The notes under the pieces are model-generated. The model saw nothing but the letters and a program-made list of their open reading frames with translations, was not told the origin of the DNA and made no database searches. Below, piece by piece: positions 7,979 through 16,514 of a DNA stretch of 64,000 nucleotides. The stretch covers positions 448,001 through 512,000 of the forward strand of contig CP066684.1 in NCBI GenBank assembly GCA_016432325.1, in the 5' to 3' direction. Within the stretch, counting starts at the first letter, position 1. Each line of letters begins with the position of its first letter. Both the position numbers and the translations under genes were made by a program. This DNA comes from Candidatus Aenigmatarchaeota archaeon. GTDB lineage: Archaea > Aenigmatarchaeota > Aenigmatarchaeia > PWEA01 > JACQIF01.

Positions 7979-9832
7979 TTATCTAAATTCCTCTCTGGCC
8001 CACGTCTCAAGCTTCCTGGGACTCTTCTTCACCAGTTCGCCGGACATCCAGCCGTGCGCCAGTTCAGGGAACTCGAGAGTGCCCTCTATCGGCTTGAACA
8101 TGTTCCTCTCCATTATTCTCTTTTCCAGCTCGACCTCTGCGGGACCGAGGCCGAAAAACTCCGGAGGCAGTTCCTCGGGCGGTATCCTGGCGTCGAGCAT
8201 CTTGGCCATCGATTTGAGGGCTATGATAGTTTCTCCCCACCGCTGTTCCGGAGCGCGGCCGCCGCCCCACTCGTATGTCAGGTATCCTTTCTTGAAGCCG
8301 CGCTTGCGGAGCTCCCACAGAAGCTTGTACAGGTTCACGTCTCCCCGTTCGACAGGATGCATCAGGTGATTGACTCCGGGATGCGAATTGACGTCCGTGT
8401 TCACCACGAACTCTCCTATATCCAGAGGGAAGCTCTTGGCTTCGTCCCAGGGATCGTAGCCGTGCATGGCTATGTGCTCCCAGTCGATGGAAAGCCGTAT
8501 GTTCGGGTGGCCTATTACCTTTATCACGTGGTAGATGTGCGTCGGGCGCATGAGCCTGAACCTTCTCTGCCCCCTTCCTTCGCCCCCGCGGGCGTCAGGA
8601 TTTTCAAAGAGAATCATCACGCCTTCGCTGGAGAGCTTGTTCAGATACTTCTCGAAGTGGCCGCGTATGTAGGCGCCTGCGACAGCGTCCACCATTTTAA
8701 TCTGGTCGTCGCGGTGGCCTTCAATCAGCTTGTCCGGACTTGCGCTTCCGCATATCGTAGTCCACATCGGGTCCCCGCGGTCATACAGCCACCACGCCAC
8801 TATGCAATAGGCCATCCATTCGGTGATGTCTTCGTTGAAGTGGCCCTCTTCCAAGAGTTCGCCGTGCAGAAGCTCGTGGAACTTCTTGCGTATCTCTTCC
8901 TTGTCGTCCTTCTCGAGCCCTATCTTCTTCATCACGGCCTCGAGCGTGGGCTCCTTGTTCCCCGCGTACTGCAGTTCCCTTTGCGCCCTTCCGGAGAGCG
9001 TGCGCCACATGTCTTCAAGGTTGTAGTTGCGCGCGAACTCCGTGATGTAGTGTTTTTTGGCGCCGGCGCTTTTTTTCAGCGTCTCGTATATTCCTTTGCC
9101 GTCGGGGCCCAGATACCTCCGGTTTGACTTGTAGACTCCTTCGTGAATCTGCGGCTGAGGATAGACGGCTGCGTGGAAGTTGACGTAGAGGGCTTTCAGG
9201 TCCTTCACCATCTTTATGTATTCCTTCAGAGAGAGGTCCGCGTGTTCCCATATCTCCTTGTCCGCCTGCGTGAAATCGACAGTGACGTCTCCGTGTATCG
9301 CCCATTTCATTCCCTGCGCTTCTGAAAGGTGCTTCAAATCGTCCTTGTCCTTGGGCGTCAGGTGGTTGTAGCTCTCTATGTCTATGCGCATCACGTCGCA
9401 ACCCTTGCCGAGGTTGCTCGCGACTTCTTCTATGACTGTCGCGCGGTCGGCCGTGGGCAGGCCGGACGTGACGCCGACAAGGAAGTTCTTCGATTCTAAG
9501 CCATCCCACGCCTTCTTGCGCTCGATCGCAGGGATTGACGATTTTATCTGTTCGCGCACCTCGAAGAACTTGGAGACGTACTTCTCCAGCTTGCCCTTGA
9601 CTTTGAACTCCCGCTTCAGTTCGCTCACGGTCTTCTTGCCGAATATTACCTTGCCGTCCACGAGCACCACAGGAAACGCGTCCACCCCTTTCGTAAGCGC
9701 CATTGCTTCCTGACGCATCGACGGATACTTGTCAACGTCGTACTCTGTGAAGGAGACTCCGTTCTCTCTGAGAAAGTTCTTGACCTCTATCGAAAGACTG
9801 TCATCCTTGACGTATACGCGTACGACAGCCAT
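7979..9832 (-). CDS. Cys-less glutaredoxin-like domain fused to a xylose-isomerase/AP-endonuclease-2-like TIM barrel
   Basis: N-terminal Grx fold (KNFLRENGVSFTEYDV...FPVVLVDG). Barrel motifs AIHG, NFHA, LFENP, SIDWEH, TYEWG. Confidence 0.78.
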   Translation of the reverse strand: MAVVRVYVKDDSLSIEVKNFLRENGVSFTEYDVDKYPSMRQEAMALTKGVDAFPVVLVDGKVIFGKKTVSELKREFKVKGKLEKYVSKFFEVREQIKSSIPAIERKKAWDGLESKNFLVGVTSGLPTADRATVIEEVASNLGKGCDVMRIDIESYNHLTPKDKDDLKHLSEAQGMKWAIHGDVTVDFTQADKEIWEHADLSLKEYIKMVKDLKALYVNFHAAVYPQPQIHEGVYKSNRRYLGPDGKGIYETLKKSAGAKKHYITEFARNYNLEDMWRTLSGRAQRELQYAGNKEPTLEAVMKKIGLEKDDKEEIRKKFHELLHGELLEEGHFNEDITEWMAYCIVAWWLYDRGDPMWTTICGSASPDKLIEGHRDDQIKMVDAVAGAYIRGHFEKYLNKLSSEGVMILFENPDARGGEGRGQRRFRLMRPTHIYHVIKVIGHPNIRLSIDWEHIAMHGYDPWDEAKSFPLDIGEFVVNTDVNSHPGVNHLMHPVERGDVNLYKLLWELRKRGFKKGYLTYEWGGGRAPEQRWGETIIALKSMAKMLDARIPPEELPPEFFGLGPAEVELEKRIMERNMFKPIEGTLEFPELAHGWMSGELVKKSPRKLETWAREEFR

Positions 9833-9864
9833 TCGTCAATCTCCCCCATATCCAGCCATGCGCA

Positions 9865-11094
9865 TCACTCGCGTTCGAGCGGGTATCTCTGCAGCTTCAT
9901 CCCGCCGGTCATCTCCTTTATCGCGTCGTAGAGCGCTATCGTCTCCTCTTTGACGGTCTTCTCAAGGACGTCTTTGACAGTCGAACCTCCTGCCAACGAA
10001 CCTCTCAGATAGGTCTCTGCGGTTTTCGCCGATTCGGACGCGGCCTTGTGAAGCTTCCTGACGACCGTCTCTTCCTCCTCGGCCTCTTCCTTCGGCGCCT
10101 CCATCTCGCGCTCGCCGCGGAACTCCTCGAGGCTCTTCATCAGCGCGTCCTCCTTATCCTTTATCTCCTTCTTCTTCGCGATTATCTCGTCTGCGCTCTT
10201 CAGCGAACTGTCTATCGTTATCCGCATCCCCTCTATCTCCTTGCCGCGGTTGACGACCTGGTCCCTGCGTATCGATATTTCGATGTAGATGTAGAAGGGG
10301 TACGCCTCCTCGCCTTCCATGAAAGTGCGCGACTCCTGAATCATCTGCCTGCCTGGTATGAGAGCGCCCCTCCACGCCGCAAGATCGACGCCTGCGACGC
10401 TCGTCATGTAACCCTCTATCAGCATCGGGTTTGAAAGAAGATCCGCCGGAGCGTGCTCCGAAACCTTCATCTTGTGCATGGCGTCTATGTACGGCCTCAA
10501 CGATGCCTTGTAGTTCTCGAGAGACGCGTTTCGCGCGTTCAGTTCCTCCCGCAGGACGCGCACGCGTTCTTCGACGGCCTTGCTGAACGTATCGCGCCAC
10601 TGCTGGAACTGCTTCCACTTGATTTGCAGGATGCTCTTCTCGGACTTAGATATCTTCAGGTCGTCGATGTCGCGCTCGCTCTTTATCTTGAAGAAGTCGG
10701 CGACGATCGACGGGAACCTTCCCGCGCGCGCGAGCTGGAACATGCTGTTCGGGGACTGCATGTCTATGAAGTCCATGTAATCGGACTTGAGAACGTCGAG
10801 ATTGTTCTTCCTGTGGTGTTCCAGCGCGTTCTCGAACTTCCTCAGGTCGTGCTTCAGCAGCTCGAGCGCGTGCCTCTGCTCGCCTATGTAAATCATTATC
10901 TGCGCGAGGCGCCCTTCTGTCGCCTGACGGCGCTGCATCACTTCGGCGTGGTGCGCGGTCTTGGGGTTGATGTAGAGCCAGTCGTCGGTCTTTTTGACAG
11001 TATACCCGCGCTTCACCAGCCAGTCGAGCATCCCGAAGTAGGCCTGCTGCGTCGGTATGCCCAGCTCTGCCGTTACCTTGAGTTCCTTTTTCAT
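9865..11094 (-). CDS. Hypothetical coiled-coil protein
   Basis: 409-aa ORF with a GGAGG RBS and genome-typical codon use. Confidence 0.85.
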   Translation of the reverse strand: MKKELKVTAELGIPTQQAYFGMLDWLVKRGYTVKKTDDWLYINPKTAHHAEVMQRRQATEGRLAQIMIYIGEQRHALELLKHDLRKFENALEHHRKNNLDVLKSDYMDFIDMQSPNSMFQLARAGRFPSIVADFFKIKSERDIDDLKISKSEKSILQIKWKQFQQWRDTFSKAVEERVRVLREELNARNASLENYKASLRPYIDAMHKMKVSEHAPADLLSNPMLIEGYMTSVAGVDLAAWRGALIPGRQMIQESRTFMEGEEAYPFYIYIEISIRRDQVVNRGKEIEGMRITIDSSLKSADEIIAKKKEIKDKEDALMKSLEEFRGEREMEAPKEEAEEEETVVRKLHKAASESAKTAETYLRGSLAGGSTVKDVLEKTVKEETIALYDAIKEMTGGMKLQRYPLERE

Positions 11095-11146
11095 CGTTCG
11101 GCCTCCTGTCCAATTGGGTTCAGAACGATTTAAACGTTGGAGAGAA

Positions 11147-11641
11147 CTAATCCTTCTTGCCGCCGGCTATCCACCAGACTCCCAGCGCGATTATGACCAG
11201 GAAAAACGCCAGTCCGAGGCCTCCGCCGATACGGATGTTGTTCAGGCCTATCAGTTCAGGGCCTCCTGCTGCTATGAAGATTACGAGCGCTATCATTATG
11301 AAGACCGCGCCTGTCCATTTCGGGTGGGATTCCCAGATATGCTTGCCGCCGCCCTGCTTGATACCTGTCGCCTCGGCCATGATGAGTAGCGTCAGGACGG
11401 TCGCCACTATTACCATGAAGCCCAGCACGACTCCCTCCAAAAATGGGAAGAGCGTGCCGCCCAGAGGCAGCGCCAGGAAGCCCGCGAGCAGCGCGATCAT
11501 GCCTCGGATGGACTTGTCCTTGGGAACGCTCACGTGGTCGAGGATTCCGTAGACTATGGCAATGGCCAGGAGAAATGGGATTATGTAAGCGAATATGCCC
11601 GCGTCCGACAGAGCCTGCACGCCGCGTTCAACCAAAGCCAT
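11147..11641 (-). CDS. Multi-pass membrane protein (about 5 TM)
   Basis: IIPFLLAIAIVYGIL...IRGMIALLAG. Related to 11721..12242. Confidence 0.85.
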   Translation of the reverse strand: MALVERGVQALSDAGIFAYIIPFLLAIAIVYGILDHVSVPKDKSIRGMIALLAGFLALPLGGTLFPFLEGVVLGFMVIVATVLTLLIMAEATGIKQGGGKHIWESHPKWTGAVFIMIALVIFIAAGGPELIGLNNIRIGGGLGLAFFLVIIALGVWWIAGGKKD

Positions 11642-11720
11642 GGTATCACTTGACCCGGAATCTATATAAAACGCTATGTGTTTTGAAGTTCCCTCGCCGC
11701 TGGCGAAGGGAACTATATGC

Positions 11721-12242
11721 CTACTTGCCGCCCTTGCCGCTCCCCATGTACGCGTAATAGAGCATCTGGAAGATGAACAGGAGCGTCAGCAAAGTGATTG
11801 CGTTTCTCGTGCCTATCAGAGGCACCTCGAAGTCTCCCAGAAGACCGAAGCCGAAGGTCACCAGCATCAGAAGTATGATTCCGGCGCCGATTATAGTGAA
11901 GTGCGGATGCTCCTTGAGGTTCTCCGCGCCCTTGCCCCTCAGGCCGAATACTTCAAGCAGGAAGGTGAGTATGAACAGACCCACGAAAACCCATACCAAG
12001 GAGATGAAGTTCGCTTCGAAGAAGGCAACGAACGCGCGGTTGGCCGCGGCGAAGAACGCGAAGACCAGGGCGAGCAGGACGTTCACGCCGTTGTTCTGGA
12101 AGAGCGCGAAACTCTTGTTCTGCTTGCCGACCGTGGCGAGTATGCCGTAAACCGTCGCGAACGTGAAGAAGAGCGCGAGCCATTCGACAGGGACGCTTGG
12201 TATTCCAGTCGCGCTTCCAAAGAAGCCTGAAGTGTGGGACAT
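11721..12242 (-). CDS. Multi-pass membrane protein (about 5 TM), paralog of the neighbouring gene
   Basis: FATVYGIL...VNVLLALVFA. HP before TM4 in both paralogs. Confidence 0.85.
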   Translation of the reverse strand: MSHTSGFFGSATGIPSVPVEWLALFFTFATVYGILATVGKQNKSFALFQNNGVNVLLALVFAFFAAANRAFVAFFEANFISLVWVFVGLFILTFLLEVFGLRGKGAENLKEHPHFTIIGAGIILLMLVTFGFGLLGDFEVPLIGTRNAITLLTLLFIFQMLYYAYMGSGKGGK

Positions 12243-12244
12243 TG

Positions 12245-12886
12245 TCAGGCCTCCAGGTCGTCTATCTGGCGCTGAATATCGCGGACGAGCCGTTCCTGTT
12301 CGTCCAGCTGTCTTTCGAGGCTCCTCTTCCTTCTCGGATCAGTCGCCGCGTCATAGTCCCGACGCACTTCCACCGTCTTTTTCTGCTCTCTCTCCAGCCT
12401 CTTCTTCAGCTTCTCTACGTCCTTGCTCCTGTCCCTCTCCTCTTCCTGGTCCTCATGGCGCGACTTCAGCTTCTCCCCGAATTTCTGGCCGAGCTTGAAG
12501 CGGGCGCCGACATCGGCCGGATGCCAAATCCTCGTAAGGAAGAAGTACCCGAGACCGAAGGCTATCGTAGCCCACAGCCAGACGATGAGCCAGGACGCAA
12601 GGATTCCGTACCATCCCGAATAGACGAGCATGATGTAGACGGCCAGGCCGAAGAGCGTGCCCAGCGCCTTGTTCTCCTGGAATGTATGCATCCCCCGGCT
12701 TATGATATAGATGTAGATTAGCAGCACTATGTGCGGCACGAAGAACGCGAAGAGCAGGTCGTGCTGCGGGACGCCTGTTATGCAGCCGTACGTGTTCGTT
12801 CCGACACAGTCCGGTACCTTCAGCACTTGACGGAGAAGGATGTCTGCGATGTCGTTGCTTCCTGTTCCGAGGTTGTGGAAAGACAT
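12245..12886 (-). CDS. Membrane protein (3-4 TM) with a C-terminal coiled coil
   Basis: Hydrophobic helices followed by a charged heptad tail. Abuts the next gene. Confidence 0.85.
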   Translation of the reverse strand: MSFHNLGTGSNDIADILLRQVLKVPDCVGTNTYGCITGVPQHDLLFAFFVPHIVLLIYIYIISRGMHTFQENKALGTLFGLAVYIMLVYSGWYGILASWLIVWLWATIAFGLGYFFLTRIWHPADVGARFKLGQKFGEKLKSRHEDQEEERDRSKDVEKLKKRLEREQKKTVEVRRDYDAATDPRRKRSLERQLDEQERLVRDIQRQIDDLEA

Positions 12887-12929
12887 TGGACCACTTTTAA
12901 GACTGTTTTAATTGAAAAGAACAGAATAT

Positions 12930-12973
12930 AAAAAGATAAAGGGAGGGAACCGGGTTTAAAAAACGGTTCTCCT
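12930..12973 (-). terminator. Hairpin plus T-rich tract after the small-gene operon
   Basis: gaaccg/cggttc stem followed on the minus strand by tttatctttt. Confidence 0.4.
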
Positions 12974-13318
12974 CTAGGCGGGCGGCGGACGCAGAGCCGC
13001 AGGCCACCTTACGTGATAGTTGTCCACTACCGTGTTTGTGGCCGCGTTTCTTTCAAGTCCATCGTACACGAGTTGCGCATCCGGCAGTCGCTGAGCCAGC
13101 TGCTCCTCGAATCTCCTGCCGCTGTTGCCGGGATTGCGACTCGCCCATTCCCGAACAGCCGTTCTCTTCTCTTCTGGAGTCTGCACTCTTTGCAGAGCCT
13201 CCACGTAGAAAGGCTCGCGATTCTCTCTCGGCTGATCCGGAGGCAAATCTATCAAGTCCGTTTCCGCGTCAAACCGGCGCTCTGTGCGCGCTCTCCAATA
13301 CTGCAATACAGTTGTCAT
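12974..13318 (-). CDS. Hypothetical protein, 114 aa
   Basis: Starts 2 nt after the stop of 13321..13569, behind a GGAGG RBS. Confidence 0.7.
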   Translation of the reverse strand: MTTVLQYWRARTERRFDAETDLIDLPPDQPRENREPFYVEALQRVQTPEEKRTAVREWASRNPGNSGRRFEEQLAQRLPDAQLVYDGLERNAATNTVVDNYHVRWPAALRPPPA

Positions 13319-13320
13319 AT

Positions 13321-13569
13321 CTAGTGCTCCTCCTCTCCTTCGATCACGGAATCGCCTCGTGTTCCTCTGCTTCCGTAGCTGACTGTCCTGTGTCTGAAGG
13401 CATCGAATGCCCTGTTCGAATCCAACATCTCGCCAAGCCTTCTTCCTTCCTCAAGTCTTGCGCGGTCTGTTTGGTTTCTCGCTTGCCATGTCTGATAGGC
13501 AGTATAACCGAGCGCCAATACGCCTATTGTTATGGCGCCTCCGGCTACCGCACTTTCTACGTCTACCAT
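13321..13569 (-). CDS. Small membrane-anchored protein with a C-terminal FDAFRHRTVSYGSRGTRG motif
   Basis: N-terminal TM helix, GGGGTG RBS, motif shared with the upstream gene. Confidence 0.8.
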   Translation of the reverse strand: MVDVESAVAGGAITIGVLALGYTAYQTWQARNQTDRARLEEGRRLGEMLDSNRAFDAFRHRTVSYGSRGTRGDSVIEGEEEH

Positions 13570-13605
13570 TTTATTACACCCCCTCGAGTCTCCTCAAGAT
13601 CATGA

Positions 13606-14133
13606 CTAGTTCGTGCTCGGTCCGCGCACGCCGCGGCTCCCGTAGCTCACGTGCCTGTGCCTGTATGCGTCGAATTGCGTCGCGTACTCGGCGAATTCCG
13701 CCGCGAGAGTTTGGTACTGCTTCTCCATCGCGGCGAATCTCTTGTTCATCTTGTCAACATCCGGCGAGTCCTTGCCCATCGGCTTGCCCTCGGCGGCGAA
13801 TATGCCCGCGAGTTCCGCAACGCCCGGCACCAACGCGATTGTGTTGAAGAAGTTCGTGTTCAGGGACTGGCCTATGGCGAATTCGACAGGCATCCTCCCC
13901 TTGTCGATGAACTGCATCTGATTCCATGAGGTCGGTATCGCATCGTTCCTCTGTAGAATATCCAGGTACGGGTTGTCCTCTTCGGCTGGTTTAAGCTTCT
14001 GCATGACGGTCCTGTAATTGCTCAGTTCTGTTTTCATCGACTCTACAATCTTTCCCAGATGACCAATCTGCCTGCTGTTATCTGCCCCAAGCTGTATCAT
14101 CACTTCTATCGGATCCTGCTGTACATGCACCAT
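13606..14133 (-). CDS. Hypothetical protein with a hydrophobic segment, coiled coil and C-terminal FDAYRHRHVSYGSRGVRG motif
   Basis: GGGGTGA RBS and the shared motif. Confidence 0.8.
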   Translation of the reverse strand: MVHVQQDPIEVMIQLGADNSRQIGHLGKIVESMKTELSNYRTVMQKLKPAEEDNPYLDILQRNDAIPTSWNQMQFIDKGRMPVEFAIGQSLNTNFFNTIALVPGVAELAGIFAAEGKPMGKDSPDVDKMNKRFAAMEKQYQTLAAEFAEYATQFDAYRHRHVSYGSRGVRGPSTN

Positions 14134-14252
14134 ATCACTTCACCCCTGCAATGCGTCTGGCGGCCTTTGTGAGGCCGCGCAGCGCCTTTGAAACCGTCCT
14201 TGCGAATTTTATTGCAACCATTTGCCACACCACTGTCACTTTATAGTAGCTA

Positions 14253-14657
14253 CTAGTATATATAGCTTATTTCGTCCTCGGAAACGCTTTTAACGGGCTT
14301 ATCGGAGCGTATTGAGCCTGTTCCTACGTTTAAGGCGCCCACGGGGTCGGTCTTGCCACTATACGCCAAGGCCCCATAACACGCCAGATCTATGACTTCC
14401 TTGGCCTCCGGAAGGCCGTATCCGGACATGTCGCGCCTGTGGAGCTGCGTGGTGAACATTACAGTCTTCAGAATGTTGTCGCCTGTAACGGCTTTGTTTG
14501 AAAGGTCCTTGAGGCCGTTGACAACCGCAGTCACATCGTTCTGGCTCCTGTGAACGTTAGTCGCCACCATGATCGCGACAGGCGAAAAGAGCCCTTCCTT
14601 GCAGGGGCGCGACCCGCGCAATTCCCTTACCATCTGTTCCACAGGATCTATGGCCAT
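14253..14657 (-). CDS. Hypothetical protein, 134 aa
   Basis: Only long ORF in the interval. Confidence 0.65.
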   Translation of the reverse strand: MAIDPVEQMVRELRGSRPCKEGLFSPVAIMVATNVHRSQNDVTAVVNGLKDLSNKAVTGDNILKTVMFTTQLHRRDMSGYGLPEAKEVIDLACYGALAYSGKTDPVGALNVGTGSIRSDKPVKSVSEDEISYIY

Positions 14658-14722
14658 ACGCGTAGAACGAACGTAAGCTATTTAACCACCACTTGGTAGA
14701 TAGTTTAAATATGGCTTTCCTG

Positions 14723-15796
14723 TCACCCGTAAACAATCTTCTGCGCTATCTTCCGCGCCGCAGGCAGCCTCCTGTGGTGGCGCGCGAAGAACTTCTTCAT
14801 CAGTTCGATTGTTACGGCCTTTAGCTCGCCTGTAAGGAGCTTCCCGGACGCGTACGACTCGCGCACGCGCTCGACCTTACTGTCCGAAGGCTCGAAATAC
14901 TTCAGGAGCTGGAACGCAACGTCGACGTCCGGATTGCCCCCGTGCTTCCTGTGTTCGTCGACCGTATCACGTCCTCCTGAAAAGGCGTATTTCTTTATCT
15001 TCTGCTCCACGACCTCCGGAGTGTCGTCCAGATAGATTGCCGAGTTGGGGTCAGAAGAGGACATCTTCGAACTGGGCCCGCCGAGGGCCGGCACGTGTTT
15101 TACGTAAAGAGACGCGGGAGGCACGAAACCGTACGGAAGCCTCGCCGCAACGTCGCGCGTCGCGCGGATGTGCGGGTCCTGGTCCAGAGCCACAGGAACG
15201 ATGCCTATTCGCGGCCCGTCGAGCTGAGGATATAGTATGTCAGCGAGTTGCAAAAAGACCGCGGCCATTTTTCCGGGGTTCAAGTGACCATAAATGGCAC
15301 GGAACGCATTTTCCGTGAACTTCTTGCTTATCTCGAACGCCAGCTCGTAATAGCGCGCGGGCATGCGCGACTGCACGTAGACGCATTTCTTCGGCACGCC
15401 AAGGGCAAGCACGTGCGCGGCGTTTTCCAGCGCGTAACGCTTAGCCTCTTCCATCGTTTGTATGCGCTCGCGCGACACGTACGCGTCTATGTCCGCGACG
15501 GCAAAATACGTATCAGCGCCCTGCTTCTGGAAGAAACGGACGAAGTCGATTATGCTCATGTGGCCTATGTGCATGCGCCCTGAGGAGGCGATGCCTGTCA
15601 TGCAGTACGTGCGTTTTCGCGTACGCAGCGCGTTCACAAATGCGTCAAAATCCCTGTGGGCCACTGCGATTCCGCGGCGGAAGTAGACGTGGTCCAGACG
15701 CTCGCGCGCGGACAGCGTCTTGATGCCGAACTCTGCGAAGAGATGTTCGTAGTCGCTCACGGCGTCGTTGCTCCACGGGTCCAGACGTTCTGCCAT
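14723..15796 (-). CDS. trpS: Tryptophanyl-tRNA synthetase
   Basis: MHIGH, DQDPH, KMSSS, AFSGGR motifs. Confidence 0.97.
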   Translation of the reverse strand: MAERLDPWSNDAVSDYEHLFAEFGIKTLSARERLDHVYFRRGIAVAHRDFDAFVNALRTRKRTYCMTGIASSGRMHIGHMSIIDFVRFFQKQGADTYFAVADIDAYVSRERIQTMEEAKRYALENAAHVLALGVPKKCVYVQSRMPARYYELAFEISKKFTENAFRAIYGHLNPGKMAAVFLQLADILYPQLDGPRIGIVPVALDQDPHIRATRDVAARLPYGFVPPASLYVKHVPALGGPSSKMSSSDPNSAIYLDDTPEVVEQKIKKYAFSGGRDTVDEHRKHGGNPDVDVAFQLLKYFEPSDSKVERVRESYASGKLLTGELKAVTIELMKKFFARHHRRLPAARKIAQKIVYG

Positions 15797-15843
15797 GGGT
15801 TAAGATGGGTTGTAGAGAGTATAAAAAGTGGGATGGGACGATG

Positions 15844-16362
15844 TCACTTCAGCACCTTCACTTCGATCGTGCAGGGCGTGGGCAGCTTGGCCGCGGCGCG
15901 CCACAGGGCTTCTCTGGCGACGGCTTCCTTATCCTTTGCAACGCGCGCGATTATCAGCGTCTGTCCGGCGCGCACGCGGGCCGCGAAACCGACAGGAGAA
16001 CCGAACGAGCGCCGCATGCCTTCCTGCAGGCGGTCAGCTCCTGCGCCTGTGGCCATGCTGTTTTCGCGCATCACGTGATAGGGGTAGGGGACTATTTTGA
16101 AGAAGTATGTGAGAGCGTTGTCGGCCAGATATTTGTTGGCGTTCGTGCGCGCGGCCTCAAGGGCGTTGTGGCGTATCTGGACGCTGCGCGAAGCGACGAG
16201 TGCGACCTCCATGTCGAACGCGGCCTTCGAATCGCCGAACTGGAACTGCCTTATCTTCGGCTCCGGGACGCCCACGACGTACGATTTCTTCGGCACGCGC
16301 CTAGAGATGCGCGTGTAAGGGCGCTTCGGCTGCGTATAACATTTGGCCGGCCTGAGTGACAT
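15844..16362 (-). CDS. rpl10e: Ribosomal protein L10e (uL16)
   Basis: MSLRPAKCY...QIRHNALEAAR...GADRLQEGMRRSFG. Confidence 0.97.
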   Translation of the reverse strand: MSLRPAKCYTQPKRPYTRISRRVPKKSYVVGVPEPKIRQFQFGDSKAAFDMEVALVASRSVQIRHNALEAARTNANKYLADNALTYFFKIVPYPYHVMRENSMATGAGADRLQEGMRRSFGSPVGFAARVRAGQTLIIARVAKDKEAVAREALWRAAAKLPTPCTIEVKVLK

Positions 16363-16514
16363 CAAAACACCTGCAGGGTTTGCGTGAGCCAACGTATTTA
16401 AGGCTTCCCAACCCGAGGACGGACGCCTAAAACGGGAGTTTTGAGGACGGAGCGCGGGAAACCGAAGCGCGCCCCGGAAGAGAACCATATAAACTTTGCC
16501 GCCTATACAATTCT

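Noticed and set aside
6517-9127. Long plus-strand ORFs of 489 and 357 aa (similar cases at 25341, 34105, 59355)
   Set aside because: Antisense shadows caused by codon bias of the real genes. They show no motifs and have unnatural composition.
12974-14657. Provirus remnant
   Set aside because: No integrase, capsid, packaging or att features. The spike-apex resemblance rests on one short motif.
16402-16480. GC-rich stretch between rpl10e and mvk with gaggacgga twice; possible ncRNA
   Set aside because: No convincing fold or family motif could be established by eye.
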